64,000 nucleotides of DNA from Camelus dromedarius (Eukaryota). Made by a program: the position numbers and the translations under genes. Below are positions 35,766 through 49,920 of this stretch, piece by piece (position 1 is the first letter of the stretch; every line of letters starts with the position of its first letter). Location of the stretch: positions 36,334,001 through 36,398,000 of the forward strand of contig NC_087436.1 of assembly GCF_036321535.1 (NCBI RefSeq), given 5' to 3'. The notes beneath the pieces were generated by a model. The model did no database searches and had not been told where the DNA came from. It worked only from the letters and a program-made list of their open reading frames with translations.

Positions 35766-38259
35766 CATAAGGGGACTCAAGAGAGTCAATAAAGGACTCT
35801 GGCAGAGGACAGTAGGAGTTGGCTCAGCCTTCGGACAAGGAGAAGTGAAGTCACCACATTCTCATGAAACAATCTAGAATGATACTCGTTGTCCCAGCAA
35901 AGATCTTCATACGTCAACTGGGAATAGGGGCGAGTTATGGCAGCTCAGGTTTCATGCCAGAGTGGGGCACCCTTCAGCAAGGAGGCCAGATAACATTAGG
36001 GCTCCTGGAGACCTTCTCTCCCAGCCTCTGCTTCCTTAACCTGTGCTACTGTGCCTCTGCTTTCTTTTCTTCCTGCTCCCACTGCATCACAGCCCTTTCC
36101 ATCAAACACACTTGCACATCCCTCTTCAAAAATAGGCTAGTGACGAGGACTAGGACCTAGATGATTCCAGTCAAGTTGGGTAGTTCTGAGTCCTCTTTGA
36201 CAGGCCAGTATTATGGACGTGCACATGGGAGCTCACAGTTTGCAAAGCATTGTCACATAGTCACATATATCATCTCATTTGATCTTAACTTGGGCCCAGT
36301 TATCTCAGGTTAGTAGATATGGAAAAAGCCATAGCAACTTCAGTCATCTGGGTGTGAGCCCAGCCTGGAACAAGGACTTTTAACTCTGTTTGCACTTTGG
36401 AACTTATGTTGGAAAACAGGGTAAAGATAGATAGTGGTGTCCTTAGTATAACCTGGTATTTATAGAAATGTTTCTGTTGTTCTAACAGTAATAAATAGAC
36501 AGTAAAAATTTATATATATATATATGTAAAGGTTATAAAGTGAAATACAAATGTATCCTTCTCTGCTTCCCAAGATCCCCATTCCTACTCCCCCAAGGCA
36601 ACCACCATGAAAAATTTCTTGTGAATCCTTCCAAAAATGTCTTCAATGTGTATGTGTGCATACATATACATACTATGTGTTATATAAAAATATTATATAT
36701 TTTTAAGTGTCACAACTAGAAGTATGCATTATATAAAAATATACATGTATGCACAAATTATGACCATTAGAATATAAAATATGTAACATAAAATCATGCC
36801 TACATTTGTATGTGCATATATACATAAAATAATTATATATAAAATCCAACCTACATGTGTGATTTGTGTGTATTTATATATAAAAATACATATATATGCA
36901 CACACACACATACGAATACATGCAAATAGACATAGAGTCAGCCATGGACCTAGCACTGAATGTTAAGGGACATTAGGTTGGTGACATTATTACAATTTCT
37001 GACAGTATGCCAAATTTAATGAAGTGCATCAAGTAGCAGTTTTTTGTTGGAAGGGAAGATAGCCATTTGTGTAAGACCAGATGTCCCGCTGGGCCCAGGC
37101 TGGTATGGTCAGAATCTTCTTCTCTAGGAAGTTTGCTCTGCAGATCCCCTTACTTAGTGACTCTCAGAAGTTGCTTTGCTGTGATGGTAACTGCTTGTGA
37201 CCATCTGAACTCCAAGACTGATCTCTGGTTGCTTGGAAGCACATTCATCCAAGTGTTCAGGTGGTGTCTAGAGTGGTCCTGGACTGTTCGTTGACTCCAC
37301 CTGGCCTCCCTCCTGTGACTGGAGGGTAAAGACCAGGTGTCAGTCATCTTTGTTGCCCCAGTGCAGACCCCCCACCTCGATGAGCATTTGTCAAACAGAA
37401 CTGTAGCTGTAACTGTCACTTAACACAGTATCTCATCTGCAAAGTCTCCACAGAGCCCCGTGGAGAGGCAGGTGCCCTTTCTTACTGAGCATCCTCTCTT
37501 CTAGACACCATTTGGAAGTAGATCATTTATCTTGAGTGCTTCTAGCTTCCTCTTCTATTCTCATACCGCTTTCAAACTAGGAAACTAAAGCAAGCCATGT
37601 TGTGTGATTTCTGTGCTTGGCAGCTGGGGTCATTTGGGGGCAGGAGAGCAATTGTTTTATGTTCCGAAATACTCATGCAGAGTTCAAGTAATCTTTGTTC
37701 TACTAGGGAAGAAACCGTCTCTTAGGAAGCAGGCAATGGAAAGAGAGAATAAAACAACAGGAGAACAACAACAACAACAAAATGGAAAGAAAGATTAAAG
37801 CCCAGGAACTTCAACACTATAAACTCAGACACACACCTTCTCTAATGGTACAGTCACTGGACTTGGAAGCAGTGAGTTTGGCTGGAACACATCACCTGGA
37901 AACCTGGAGTCAGTCTCAGCTCTGTCAGGGAGTCTCAGGGGTTAACTGGAAAAGAGGCGTTGACCTAGACACAGCAGTGGCATTGCGGCTCTGATGAACT
38001 GCCCAGTGGAGGAACTGTTACGCTTATCCTGTGTACAGGGAGAGAGCAGAAGTTACAGGGATGTGGATTTTGACCCAATTGGACGAAGAATTTTCTAATA
38101 TAGTTTTTTACCCCCCACGGAATGGACTACTTTGTAAGGTGATAAATTCTTTGGTACTGGAGAAATTTGCACCATCCTGGACAGAAGGACGTATTAGGTG
38201 GTTTCCAAGTTCCCTAACATCTCTTAAGAATATGCTGCTGTGACTCGTTGACCCCGAAG

Positions 38260-38468
38260 GCAGCAGTGTCCAGGCGAACTTCCTGCAGTGATGGGAATGG
38301 GCCATATCTGGGCTGTCCAAAATGGTAGTCACCTGCCACATGTGCCTATGAGCATTTGAAATGTGGCTGTATGACAAAGAAACAGAAATTTTAGTTTAAT
38401 TTAATTCTAGTTAATTCCTATTTAAAAAACCGTATGTGGCTCATGGCTTACCCAATGAGCCCAGCTCT
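38260..38468. mobile_element. MER3/MER33-like hAT-Charlie MITE
   Basis: GCTGTCCAAAATGGTAGTCACCTGCCACATGTGCCTATGAGCATTTGAAATGTGGCT. Confidence 0.7.
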
Positions 38469-40654
38469 AAAATCCCATGATAGCTTTCCAGCTCATTGTT
38501 GTCTGTCACATTCTCATCACATACTCTGTCTGGACACTGTATACAGAACATGATCTTACTGAAGAAATTACTTTCTGAGAAAGAAGTAGAATCCCTTTTA
38601 CAAGTGGAAGTGGATAAAGAATAACAGTAGACAGCAAATAAACTATTGCTAAACTGGAAAGTGCACTCAGCCAGAGAATCTACTGCACAGTCACAATAAA
38701 AACACTGGTGTTTCTAAGAAGTGTAAAGGTGTGAACACCCCCCTGTTGTGGGGGTGGGAGGCAAGTAGCTCTGAGCTCAGTCTCCCACCATCGTGCTGCT
38801 GCTCTGAACGGAGGTTCCTTCCCACAGAATGCGTTCAACGGGCTGCTAGTCTTTTTCCTATACACTTGAAGAATGATAGAGATTTGGAACAATGTGGTAA
38901 AGTAACCTTAGGCTTCATGCCACTTCACCAGAAAGAGGAAGTTGCTTGAATTAGAATTTATCATTTCAAATCAGGAAGCGGCTTCGGAGATTATATAATC
39001 TCGCTTCTGTGTTTTACAGAGAAGACAACCAAAACCCGAAGCCCAGAGAAGCCTTGTGACTTGCCAAGGTCACGTGGTTCTTTAATAGTAGAATATTTTA
39101 TTTGTGTAAGAAAATTAATATGTAAATAACAAACAGTTACCCGTCTAAAATGGAACCTTTTTCTTAAAAACAAAAAACTGCTTCCCAAGAGCTTGTTTGA
39201 GCTGAAGGAGAGTCCAGGGCATCACCAACAGCTTTCCCATGGGATGCTTCAGTCGTCTCGTGTGTCCCGAGAGTGTGACAGAGGCCTTTATTGGAAACCT
39301 GGTTGGAGGACTGGACTGAGCTCGAACTTGGACTCCTCCCCAGACTTGGTCCAGAGTAAAGTTGCAATGTGCTCAGGGGCTGCTCTGGGGCCATGTTCTC
39401 TCCAAACAAAGCCCTGCCACAGTTCCCAGGAAGAAATTCTTCCCCCTCTTGGTTCATCAAACATCTGTGTAGGTCTGTCCCCCAGAGAAGGGCAAAATCT
39501 AAATAAATAAGTTCTGTTTTCAATTTGTCTTCCTGAAAACCAAACACATGAAACTAGCTAGCATGCCTCAGATGCTGAAGGCTTCTAGGTACTTTCTGAG
39601 TTTGCTCTGACTCATGTCTCACCTACATATTTATCCTCGATTAAAAGTAAAATAAAATAAAATAAAGCAGAGAAATGAGGGCTTCCTTTCAATGTAAACT
39701 ATTTGATTCTTCCCACATCCTCATCTTTTCTCCATTACCACATAAAACCCTTTTTCCTTGAAATAGGTATGAAATTCAGATAACTGACATATTTGTAAGA
39801 TTATTTACAGAGCACTTAGACATTGGAAGTTGAGCAGTTTAACTGAAAGGGTACAGTCACATCACGCACTATGTCACAGCCAAGCGATGATCTAATGAGA
39901 CTGCTTTTCGTAATGACTAGCAGATTTTCATGTCATCTAGCCATACAAAAGCCATAACTGGCTTTCTGCTGGGATCCTTTGGATTAAATATGACCACCTA
40001 AATCTGACAGCCTATTACTAAGGTTTTCTTTCCCCTCCTATCAAACTACAATTTCAGGGCACCCCCCAGCCTCACTCCAACACGGTCCCCCTTTTCAGCC
40101 AGCCTCTCATCCTGACCATGCTCCCTCCCCCAGATTCTGTTTATGGTCCTCTTCATGGCTTCCTTCCATAGACAGCATCCCATACCTCATTGCCTCCTTT
40201 CAGGACCATCACCTCCTCCAAGAATAGGCTTTAAGGGACTTCTCTTTTAGAAACCTTCCCATGTAAATCCATCCAACACTTGTGCCCTATCACTTGTCTG
40301 CTCTGAGAGTCACTGCATGCTTTGTTTTATTTTGCATTATCTCTGTGCACAAAGCTATAAACCTTAAGAACTGGAGAGATGGGAGTGAGAGCAGGCTACA
40401 TAGACACTAGCTGGCTTTACCCCCATTCTTCCCCAGACAAGGACTGGGGTTAAGATTGCCTGGGGGATCTGTCCAAGACACACAGCATTAGAAGCAACTC
40501 TCCAAGCCCACTGCTCATTCATCACATCATGCCTTTTAGTTCCAGATCTGTGTCATATTAAACACTGAGAAAAATATAGTATTACATAATACACAAAGAA
40601 AGATTTATAACTGCATTAGTGATGCTTACATTTCTATTAACTAAAAATTATGGC

Positions 40655-41031
40655 CATGGCAGACACTGCTGGACCATGTTTCCCAGTCTTTCCAGCAGTG
40701 AGATGCAGCCATGAGATTGTGTTCTGACCAATGCGATGGGTGTAGAAGTAATGCATGCAGCTCTAGGCTTGGCCCATAGAAACCTCCCTGCTTACCTCTG
40801 TGCCCTCTCCTCTTGCTCTGCTGGTGGGTACTGGAGACCTTGGAGGCCAGAGTTGAAGATGGTGGAGTCGTAAGATGGAAGGAGTTTGGTCCTGGATTAC
40901 CACTTGGAGGAGAGCTGTCTGGTGGTCTGGAGTGCCCACTTTGAACTGTGATGTGAGCAAGAACTATGACATTGACAAGTGACTGTGTTAAGCCTCTTGG
41001 ATTTTGGCTAGCATTTACCCAAACTCATACA
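40655..41031 (+). mobile_element. MaLR (MLT1-type) solo LTR
   Basis: GTTCTGACCAATGCGATGGGTGTAGAAGT, AAGATGGAAGGAGTTTGGTCCT, TGTGTTAAGCC, ending ATACA. Confidence 0.7.
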
Positions 41032-42515
41032 CATTTGTTACCTAATTCTTAGAGCATCCCTATGAACTAGATATGATCCGCATTTCACAAATGGAAAACC
41101 AAGAATGAAAGTGGTTTACACTTCTCACATGAAACACAGCTGAGATTTGAGCCCAGGTCTATCTGCTTCCACATGCCTTGCTTTTTTTGAATACAGAGGT
41201 TCCTATGATGAAGTTTCAACTTAGGAACTTTCTTAGAAATGAATCATTTTGTGCATCAACTCTGCTAATCACCAACAGATGGCAGTAGCGGCTGCCTACA
41301 GACTGAGTTCACGAACAAATGGATTTAGGAATAACATAAAATAAAATATAAACTGTATGTGCATAGAGGAATTTCTGAATGCTGCCTTTTCTCTGGTGAG
41401 GGATAATTGTACCTTCTTGAGAATTATCACTGCAAGTTATTTAAACTCATTCACCTTATTCTCTCCTCTGAAAAAGAAATTGGCCTAGAATCGTTTGATA
41501 ATCCATCTGTTCCCTTCAGATTCTGACAGTCCATTGTGCACACATGAGCAATTACAAAGAGCTGACCCTGTAAACAAATGTTAAGTGTACAACTGACACT
41601 GGACTGCCGTTCCCTCTCTAGGGGAGACAGGCTGGGCAGAGAATTATGTTCTGTGATTACTCTCACCAATGGGTAAACAAGGCTACAACTACTGCCAAAT
41701 TCAAACTGTATTTATTTATGTAATTGTATAATTAAAATAATATTGGGAAAAAGAAATCACACATATAGACATTCAAAACCAAGCAAGGCATGTGAAGGAC
41801 ATGTTATAAAAAATGAGGCAGTAGAGCAGAATGGTTGACAAAATAAGCTTTGGATCATGACAGTCCTGGGGTTAAAGCCCTTCTCCGCCACTCACTTGTA
41901 GTGTGGCCACAGGTAGGTCTGCCAGCCCTCCAGAGCCTCAGTTTCCCTATCTACAGAAAGGAGAGAGGGTAATACATTGACACCATAGAGCTTTGTGAGT
42001 ATTAATACCTCTCATATTATAATATATAATGATTCAATTATCATAATATTCAATTACTCAATTATAATATATCATACATCATATTATTAATATTCTCATA
42101 TGGGGATGGGTTGGGGAAGATGATGAGGAAGATGTCCATGAGATTACATGAAAATGCTTTCAACTGACAATAAAATTATAAATAGCAATTATATGTTAAT
42201 TATTTTCTCTCACTTAGCATTTTAACCCAAGATATTTTCTGGTGTCTGTGCAGCTCGACTTCCATCATACCTTCCTCAAGACAGAAGTCACATCATTCTC
42301 TTTTTACTGTCCAGCATGCTTGGTCCATGGGCACAGGAAGGGTGTAAGTCAGTTTGCGTTTCTTGAGTAGGGAAATTATAACGCTCTCCTCACTCTATCT
42401 CTAAGCATTCAACTTCAGATGTCCACAGAGCAGTTTTTATAGCACCACAGTTGGCCATAAAGAAGAGGAAAGAATGTCTGGTGGGACGCCTACCATGTGC
42501 TATAGAACCATAGAC

Positions 42516-42731
42516 TACAGAACTGTCCTGAACACAAGGGCAGCCACTCACCACATGTGGCTACTTAAATTCAGGTTAATGAAAAGTAAATGCAGTTAAA
42601 AACACAATTCCTCACACCAGCCTCACTTCAAATGCCCAGCAGCCACACGTGGTAAATGGCAACCCTACTGAACAGTGCCGATACAGAATATTTCCATCAG
42701 TGAAGAGAGTTCTACTGGATAGTGCAGCTCT
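42516..42731. mobile_element. MER3/MER33-like hAT-Charlie MITE (opposite orientation to 38260-38468)
   Basis: CAGCCACTCACCACATGTGGCTACTTAAATT...AGAATATTTCCATCAGTGAAGAGAGTTCTACTGGATAGTGC. Confidence 0.7.
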
Positions 42732-42934
42732 GGAATACTACAGAAAGTGCCTGAAAGCTGAATACAGAGAAATTTGAGAGTCAAGGCCTTTGGGCCGTTA
42801 CATTAGTCAGGACATAATCAAGATGGGAGGTAGAAATTACATAGTGAGATGGTGCAAATGGAAAAAGTCATAAAGGAAGAACAGTCAGTATTCAAGGACC
42901 ATTTGGACTTGGGGAGAAAGAAAAAGGGAAGTGA

Positions 42935-43267
42935 GGTTGGCAGTCATTAAGATGACCCCCTCTCCACAGTGATCCTTACCTCCTGGTTCATGACTTGGTG
43001 GGTCGCTCTCACATTGGAACTGACCTGTGTGACCAGCAGGATGTGAAGTGATGGTGTGTGACTTCCAAGGTTAGGCCATAGAAGGCAGTGCAGCTTCCTG
43101 CTCTCTGGGTTTGCCCGCTCTGTGGGAGGCCAGGCACCATGTCTGTCCAGAAGTCCTGTAGGGAGGGCTACATGGGGATGAACCCGTGAGACATAGTGCG
43201 TGCTTGTTGTTCTCTTTAGCCACTAAGTCTTGGGGTGATTTACTATGTAGCAATAGATACCTAACAG
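42935..43267 (+). mobile_element. MaLR (MLT1F-like) solo LTR, internally deleted
   Basis: GTGTGACTTCCAAGGTTAGGCCATAGAAGGC...GCCACTAAGTCTTGGGGTGATTTACTATGTAGCAATAGATACCTAACA. Confidence 0.7.
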
Positions 43268-44415
43268 AGGAGGCATCAGATTACCTTGTGATTTTAAGCT
43301 TAGGTGATGGTGGAGCTAATTATCCATTTTCCTTCCTTTCAAAATATAATCCGTATAAGCAAGCTGTTTTGTGCTACAATCTTATATGGAATTCTATTCA
43401 AAGAAAACTGTCTGGAAATCGAAAAGTAGATAAATACTATTTAATCTTTTATAACCATCTCTCCTGAATATGCTGGAGGGGGATTACTTTCAAAATATAT
43501 ACTTAGCTAAATTTCTTTAAAATTTCATTTCCCCATCTTATCCTCAATATTGTCTTGGTACCAAATTAGCTCCAAGATTAATATCCCAGATTTCTCAAAA
43601 AATGATACTATAAGCTCAAGCCAAGTAAGCTTTTGCCACTCTCTTCTTTGATCAGTTTTATTATGTGGATCTGTATTAACCTCTGTCTTTTCAGCTTTCC
43701 CATCTTCTCATTATTTGCATTCTGTACAACAAAAGGGAACCAAGAATCACCCTGAAAGCAGGGAATCCTCTTTTAGAGGGGAAGAGTGGGGAAGAGAGAG
43801 CGAGAGTGTCCATGCTGCAACTACATATAAGCAAACACGAATTTCCTGCAAAAGAAAAGAAGAAAATTCCCTGCAATTATTTTTTCATGTATATATGTTC
43901 AGCAAAGAAACCAGCCTTGGGAGGCAGCCTGGTTCAGGTGAGTCCATTCACTGTGCGACACTGAGGATGTCGGATGGCATTTCTCTGTCTGTTTCCTCGT
44001 TTGCAAAATGAGATCTACTTGCTAGTTTGTGAAAGGATTAAAGGAACTAAAGCACACAAAGCAGCTCACGTGGTGCCGGCCACGGTGGAAGCGTTCAATA
44101 GCCATTAAAGTCTCAGAGATCTAAATAATGGGAAATTTATTACACAAAAGGTAACTGATTTCAGACGCTAGTATTTGAGTGTCCCTCCTAGAACATGCTT
44201 TGTTTGCCTCTTTTGATATTTTGAGACAGCGTCTTCTATCATTGTTAGAACCACAGAGAGTCTGTGATGTTGGTGTGGTATTGGACGACATCCATCACCT
44301 CTGGACACAAAAGCCATAGGCACTTCACTTCTGATTTAGATCATGTCATATGTGACACACAACTTCTATAACCAACTCTTTCTTACCTTTCTGCACACTT
44401 GTTTCTAATTCTGAA

Positions 44416-44634
44416 CAGTTGACCCTTGAATAATTGAGGGTTAGGGGTGCCAACCCTCTGCCCAGTGGAAAATCTGTATAACTTTACAGTAGGTCCTTCA
44501 TATCCAGGGTACCACATCCATGGGTTCAGCTGACCATGGAGTGTGTAGTACTGTAGTACGTATTTATCGAAAAAAAATCCACCTATAAGTAATCCACACA
44601 GTTCAAACCTGTGTTGCTGTTCAAGGGTCAACTG
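44416..44634. mobile_element. Tigger2-like (Tc1/mariner) MITE
   Basis: Perfect 15-bp TIR CAGTTGACCCTTGAA (44416-44430) / TTCAAGGGTCAACTG (44620-44634); TA at the right flank. Confidence 0.9.
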
Positions 44635-44769
44635 TACTTGTAATAAAGCCCATTATACTCCAACTGTTGAGTCTCAGTATCTACTGTGAGCATTCAGTTC
44701 CACTCTATAACTATTGTTTAATCGAAAATTCTCATCACCTTTTATTCTTTTTTTTTTTTTAAATTGAAG

Positions 44770-45480
44770 CACGACTATTTTTTGAGAGCCCTTACTATGT
44801 GCCACAATTCTAGGCACTTTGGGTACATCAGTGTACAAAAAGTCAAAGATATCTGCTCTGTGGAGCTTCCATTCTAGTGGGAGGATACAGAAAATAAATA
44901 ATAAACATCATATAAAAAAATTATACAGGATATTAGAAAGTGATAATTATAATGGAAAAAAGAAAAAGTAGAGTAAGATGGATCAGAAGTGAGGCAGCAG
45001 GTGGAAGTTTGCTGTTGAGTAAGGCTGTCAGTGTAGCCTCTTAGAGAAGGTAAGATTTGCATAAAATCTTGAAGAAGTGAGTGAGTTGGCCAAATATTCC
45101 AAGCAAAGGGAACAGTTAGTGCAAAGGCCCTGTGGAGGGAGTGTGCCTGCATAGTCAAGGGGCAGCAAGGAGGCCCGTGGACTTGGAGGAGAGTGAGAGT
45201 CAGAAATATAATGGGTGAAGATCAGGTAGGGTATTTTTGGCCATTGCAAGGACCTTAGCTCTTACCCTGAGGGAAAACCAAACCACTAGAGAATTTGAGC
45301 AGAGAAGTGACATAATCTGACATATTTTAACAGCATCCCTTTGGCTGCTGAGTGTTGTGAATGACTGTAGGAGACGGTGAAAGCAAGGATCCCATGTAGG
45401 AGGCTATTGTAACACTCCAGTAGAGATGATGAGAGCTTGGGCAGGATGTTAACAGTAGAGTGGTGAAAAGTGGTCAGATA
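44770..45480 (-). mobile_element. LINE-2 3' portion
   Basis: CTTACTATGTGCCA..., GGAGCTTCCATTCTAGTGGGAG, GCAAAGGCCCTGTGG, TTTTAACAGCATCCCTTTGGCTGCTG. Confidence 0.75.
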
Positions 45481-45513
45481 ATACAAAGATGTTACCTTTC
45501 TCAACAATATTTC

Positions 45514-45644
45514 TTCCTTTTTTTTTTTTTACAGATAGAAATGTTACTTATTTATTTATTTTTTCAATGGAGGTACTGGGGATTGAACCCAGGACCTCGT
45601 CCACGCTAAGCATAGGACTCTACCACTGAGCTATACCCTCCCCC
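45514..45644 (-). mobile_element. tRNA-derived SINE, camelid Vic-1-like
   Basis: Minus strand GGGGGAGGGTATAGCTCAGTGGTAGAGTCCTATGCTTAGCGTGGACGAGGTCCTGGGTTCAATCCCCAGTACCTCCA, with A box, B box and A-rich tail. Confidence 0.92.
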
Positions 45645-46721
45645 TACAATAGTATTTCAGTTCAATTCGTGCAACAAAATGCTTTAAAAAGTCTTCTGAG
45701 GTTAATAGATACAAGTATACTCTGTTCTCCAGTTTTGTAGCTTCTTCTAGATTTAAAAAAAAATTCTCAGGAAAAAAACAGCTGACAAAACAACTTTTTG
45801 ATACTCTAGGAACAAAGTATTCATTATCTTGCACATTTAGAAAATGCTCCTACAGTATAAAGTCACTCCTATCCAACTGGAAAAAACTTTTAAGCACACA
45901 GTGACTGTGAGTTATTCCTCAAATCTTCAGTTCTGGATCAGAGAATAAACCAAATGCAGAGCTGCATGTCGGTCAAAGCTCCCCCCTTCCCACCATAAAA
46001 GCCTGTAACTGCCATAGACAGTGTGATTAATGAGCAGTAGGAGAAAACTAGGGAGGCCATCACGATATGCCTTGGAAACAAATCCTGAAAATAAACTTCA
46101 CATTTCAAACTAGATTAGCTATTTCTTCTGAGTAATTTTCTCTACCTTCAAGAAGAGGAATAAAAGGACAGTGAGAATTTCCTTCTGTTGCAGCTCCATT
46201 CCCCAATACGCATAATCAGATTTAGTCTCCTTAAGGTCATAGAACCACCTTGCTATGCAAATCTTCTCTCTTAGAATTGCTGAGACTGTATATGATAGGC
46301 ATATAGAAAGAAAAATAAAAATATACAAATGGATAATACAAAAGTTATATTAATATAGATCTAGGATAAACACTTTTGGTCATTATTTCTGGAGCTAGCG
46401 ATGATCTATCCAAAGACAAATTCACCTAGAGATGACTCTCTTTTTGCATAGCCAGTGCAGTAAGGCAGATGAATCTGTGACCTGGAGATGGATACCTTAT
46501 GAAAATAGTCCTGTGTTGGGAGTAAGAGCTTCCCTAGATTGCTGGGTTCTCTAGATTAATCCAATGCTTCTTCCATTCTGTTTAGAGCATTAGGGAAGTC
46601 CTTCAAAAGCTTTAGATACGTGTCTTTAGCTGCTTTCTGGACATTCCTCATATACATCCACCTAGTTCCTCTTCCAAGCCAGAGACCTGGAAACCTTCCA
46701 TCACTTCCTTCCCTTACTCCT

Positions 46722-47430
46722 TATATCAGTCAGGGTTCCATGGGAGATGCAGAACCACGATGGGCATTAAGGACTAAGGAATTCATTGCAGGAATCAGAC
46801 CTCACACAATTATGGGAGATAGTAGGGAAGTAAAGGCCTGAAAGTAAACTGTACATTTCAATTTGTATTAGCTATTTCCAGAGAGAAACACTAACCAGCT
46901 GCTGGAGTGGAACTATGAGTCTGATGTTAAAGTTTAAGGAAGGTTGTTGGCTCTTTCTGGCAACACCTCTATGAATCCCAGTGAGCCATACAGTGTCAGC
47001 CTTGGGTCAGTCACTTTTGGCCATGAGGTCTGGCAGTCAGGAAGGAAGGCTGGACATATTTGGGGAAGACTGAGGGAAAACTAGAATCACAAGGATAAAC
47101 CAGAACCTACAAGGAAATGCTGGAACCCATGTCTGTCTCTCCTGCATCTAACTCTGATGAGCAGCAGGAAAAGCTGGGACCGTAAGTCTGAGCTGTTCAT
47201 GTGCCCAGCCTGGCACTCGGAGAAGCCGGAGGGGATGGGTGGGAAGCAGCTGTGGGCCAGCTGCTGCCCAGGTGAGCCAGAAGGTCAGTGACAACATGAT
47301 GGCTGCTGTTTCACTTCCACCGTCCAGACCACACCTGTGTGGCCACCCCTGACCCAGAACTATACAGAGATGGAAAGTCTGGGAAATGTAATTCCAGCTA
47401 AGCTAAAGTGACAGAGTACAAAGTCAACAT
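46722..47430 (-). mobile_element. ERVL-type solo LTR (LTR41/LTR52-like), old
   Basis: Minus strand TGTCACTTTAGCTTAGCTGGAATTACATTTCCCAGACTTTCC...; other end GGAACCCTGACTGATA. Confidence 0.6.
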
Positions 47431-48534
47431 GTATCTTACATATCAATCAATTTTAATTCTTCCAGAGTTCTTAAACATGTCCTTTCTTTTCCTTCTCCAA
47501 TCCCACTGCTCTAGCTCAGACCCAAAACAAAGACACAATGTAGTTTATCTTTTGGGGTTTGGGCTCCTGTAGCTGTAGAATCGGTGCCCAGCACAAGTGC
47601 CTCTCTGAGCCAGACAAGTACGATAAATGAATGAAGAGGCCGAAGTTGGGATGGATGAGGAGTGGTGGGGACTGCGGCAAACTGGGGAGACACCCCTGTC
47701 GAAGGAGCATAGGAGTGAATCAGCCCCAGCCAGCGATTGCCTGGCTGGAATGCAGACCCAATGTTATATAAAAGAAGTTGTGGGATCTCTTAGCTTTAAA
47801 TGTCAGCTCAATAATCTTGTCAAAGATAACATGGCCCCAACAGTATTTTTAAGATGCTGTGTGCGCTAAATGGAACGCTGACCAGAGGCACCTAAGGACA
47901 GCTGACGTGCAGCCTCTTTGGATTCATGTATGTCAACACAGGCTTCCCGAAAAGTTGGTCCAAATACTACAGAGGAGGGTAGAGTGTCACTGGTCAACCT
48001 GTGGTTGGTTTGGCTGCTTTGGACTCCAAGAGGCCTGAGGACCCACAGGCTACTACTGTTGAGATTCTGACAAATGCCTACAACCAAGGCATCTGGACAG
48101 AAATGGACGTGAAAGGAGCATGCGTGAGCAACTGCGTGGGTGACTGTGAGAATGTAAGTCAATGGCTGACATGTGGGGGTGTGAGTCAAGTGTGCACGTG
48201 AGGTCCATGCAGAGCCTATGAGCCAAAAGAGAAAAGGGAGGAGGATGCCCGTCAATGGTGGGAGGAAGGGAGAGAGGGAGAGAGAAGGGAGAAGCCACAC
48301 ACACTTTCACCCAGTGCAGTTGCAGATGGTTTTATCTGCCCCTGTTTGTTTTCCCCTAATATGTGCAGGGATGAGTAGGTGTTAACACCCATCAGGCCGG
48401 AGATGGGCAGTTACACGGCCAAGGAATTCAGGAATTTCTTCTGGCTACTGCTGTCACCAGAATCTTTCTTTCCTAACAAGTTATAAATTGTTTCCTACTA
48501 TCTTTGTGCCAACTGCTTAGAAATGCCATGTCTT

Positions 48535-48829
48535 AAATACGGTATGATATCACTTACATGTGGAATCTAAAAAAATACAACAAACAAGTGAATATAACAG
48601 AAAGAAGCAGACTCACAATACAAGAACAAACTAGTGATGACCAGCGGGGAGCAGAGGAGGGGCAACATGGGGGTGGGGGAGTGGGAGGTACAAACTACTG
48701 GGTGTAAGACAGGCTCAAGGATGTATCAGACAACACAGGGAATTAGCCAATTTTTTTTTTGTAATAACTGTAACTGGAAAGTAACCTTTAAATATTGTAT
48801 AAAATTTTATCAACTAAAAAAAAAAAAAA
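48535..48829 (+). mobile_element. LINE-1 3' end with poly(A) and TSD
   Basis: TATGATATCACTTACATGTGGAATCTAA followed by 3' UTR and A tail; 16-bp TSD agaaatg(c/t)catgtctt at 48519-48534 and 48830-48845. Confidence 0.92.
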
Positions 48830-49791
48830 AGAAATGTCATGTCTTGGTTTGGGCATCTCATTCAGAATCCCAACTGAATAGATAAGGATGGCTAAATAAA
48901 GATGATGGCTATAATGAAAGTGCACGATTCCAAGACATTCCTGCTTCCCCTTTCAAAGGATTAAGGCCTGTGGTGAAGGAACCAGGACCATAGAGTTAAT
49001 GCTGGCAAGCATTTGAATACTCGAGTAAATTCACAAAATCAAGTGCACTGGTGGCTGGCCCTGCCGCAGTAGGGGAGAGGGAAGAGCCTGCCCACAGCAG
49101 CCAAAGCACAATGGAGGCCACCCTGGTCCCTGAGAGGGCTTCTGCCTCCAGGGCTCCCCAACTTCGTGACCCCATTCTTAACCCATCTTGTTCTTTTAGG
49201 TCAGAAGAGGTTGAACGCATATTATGAAACTTCTTTTTTCCACTTTGTGAGAAAAAAATTATACAATTTGAGGTGATGCTCTTATGGTGGATGTGCAGTT
49301 TTCATATCATAAAACGCAGGTGCTAAGTGAGCCTGGTGTGTGCAATACTCCTACGCAGAAACCAGCAGTGAGAGAGCCCCAAAGTCGGTTACCCGGGTAC
49401 ATTTCGCATTTTTAGAGGGCAAGAAGGGAGGACGGAGAGGATCCTGGATGCACAGGGTAGTAGGCTAACCTCATGGGGGTTTCAAAGCCCTGCTGATGTT
49501 TCAGAAAAGACACCAACATTCTACTTAGTATGCTATTGCTCTTCCAAAATTCTAACAAATTCTCTTTCCCCAATTCCCATTTCCATTTCCAAGGAAAAAA
49601 GATTTTTAAAAAATCAATTAAGTTTTCTCATCCAAAAAATGAGGAGCTTAGACCTAATCTTTTTTTTGTTTTTAAGAACTAATCTTCTTGAGTAAGGAAT
49701 ATTTTCCAGGATGTGATGAAAACTATGGACCATTCTCCATAACAGTGCATATGCCTTACAAAGACTCAGTCCTTTTCATATTCTTCCCCAG

Positions 49792-49920
49792 GGCAGTGGT
49801 TCTCAGCTTGCCAGTGCACGAGAGTCACCTGCAGAACTTAAAAAACACAGATGCCTGAGCCCCACCCCACACCAAGGCTTCTTCAAGTGACTCTGCTGTA
49901 CAGCAAGGGCTGAGGATTAG
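49792..49920. mobile_element. MER5-like hAT-Charlie MITE
   Basis: CAGTGGTTCTCAGC...GAGTCACCTGCAGAACTTAAAAAACACAGATGCCTGAGCCCCACCCC...GGGCTGAG. Confidence 0.7.

Noticed and set aside
42000..42100. AT-rich segment with internal quasi-repeats after a MIR
   Set aside because: Low-complexity slippage-type sequence with no defined structure.
45570..45644. tRNA gene
   Set aside because: The tRNA-like head is followed by an A-rich tail and matches the SINE at 1771-1905; it is a SINE, not a tRNA.
47755..47775. CCAAT plus TATATAAAAG as a core promoter
   Set aside because: CCAAT is only a few nt from the TATA (wrong spacing), and no downstream exon or ORF supports it.
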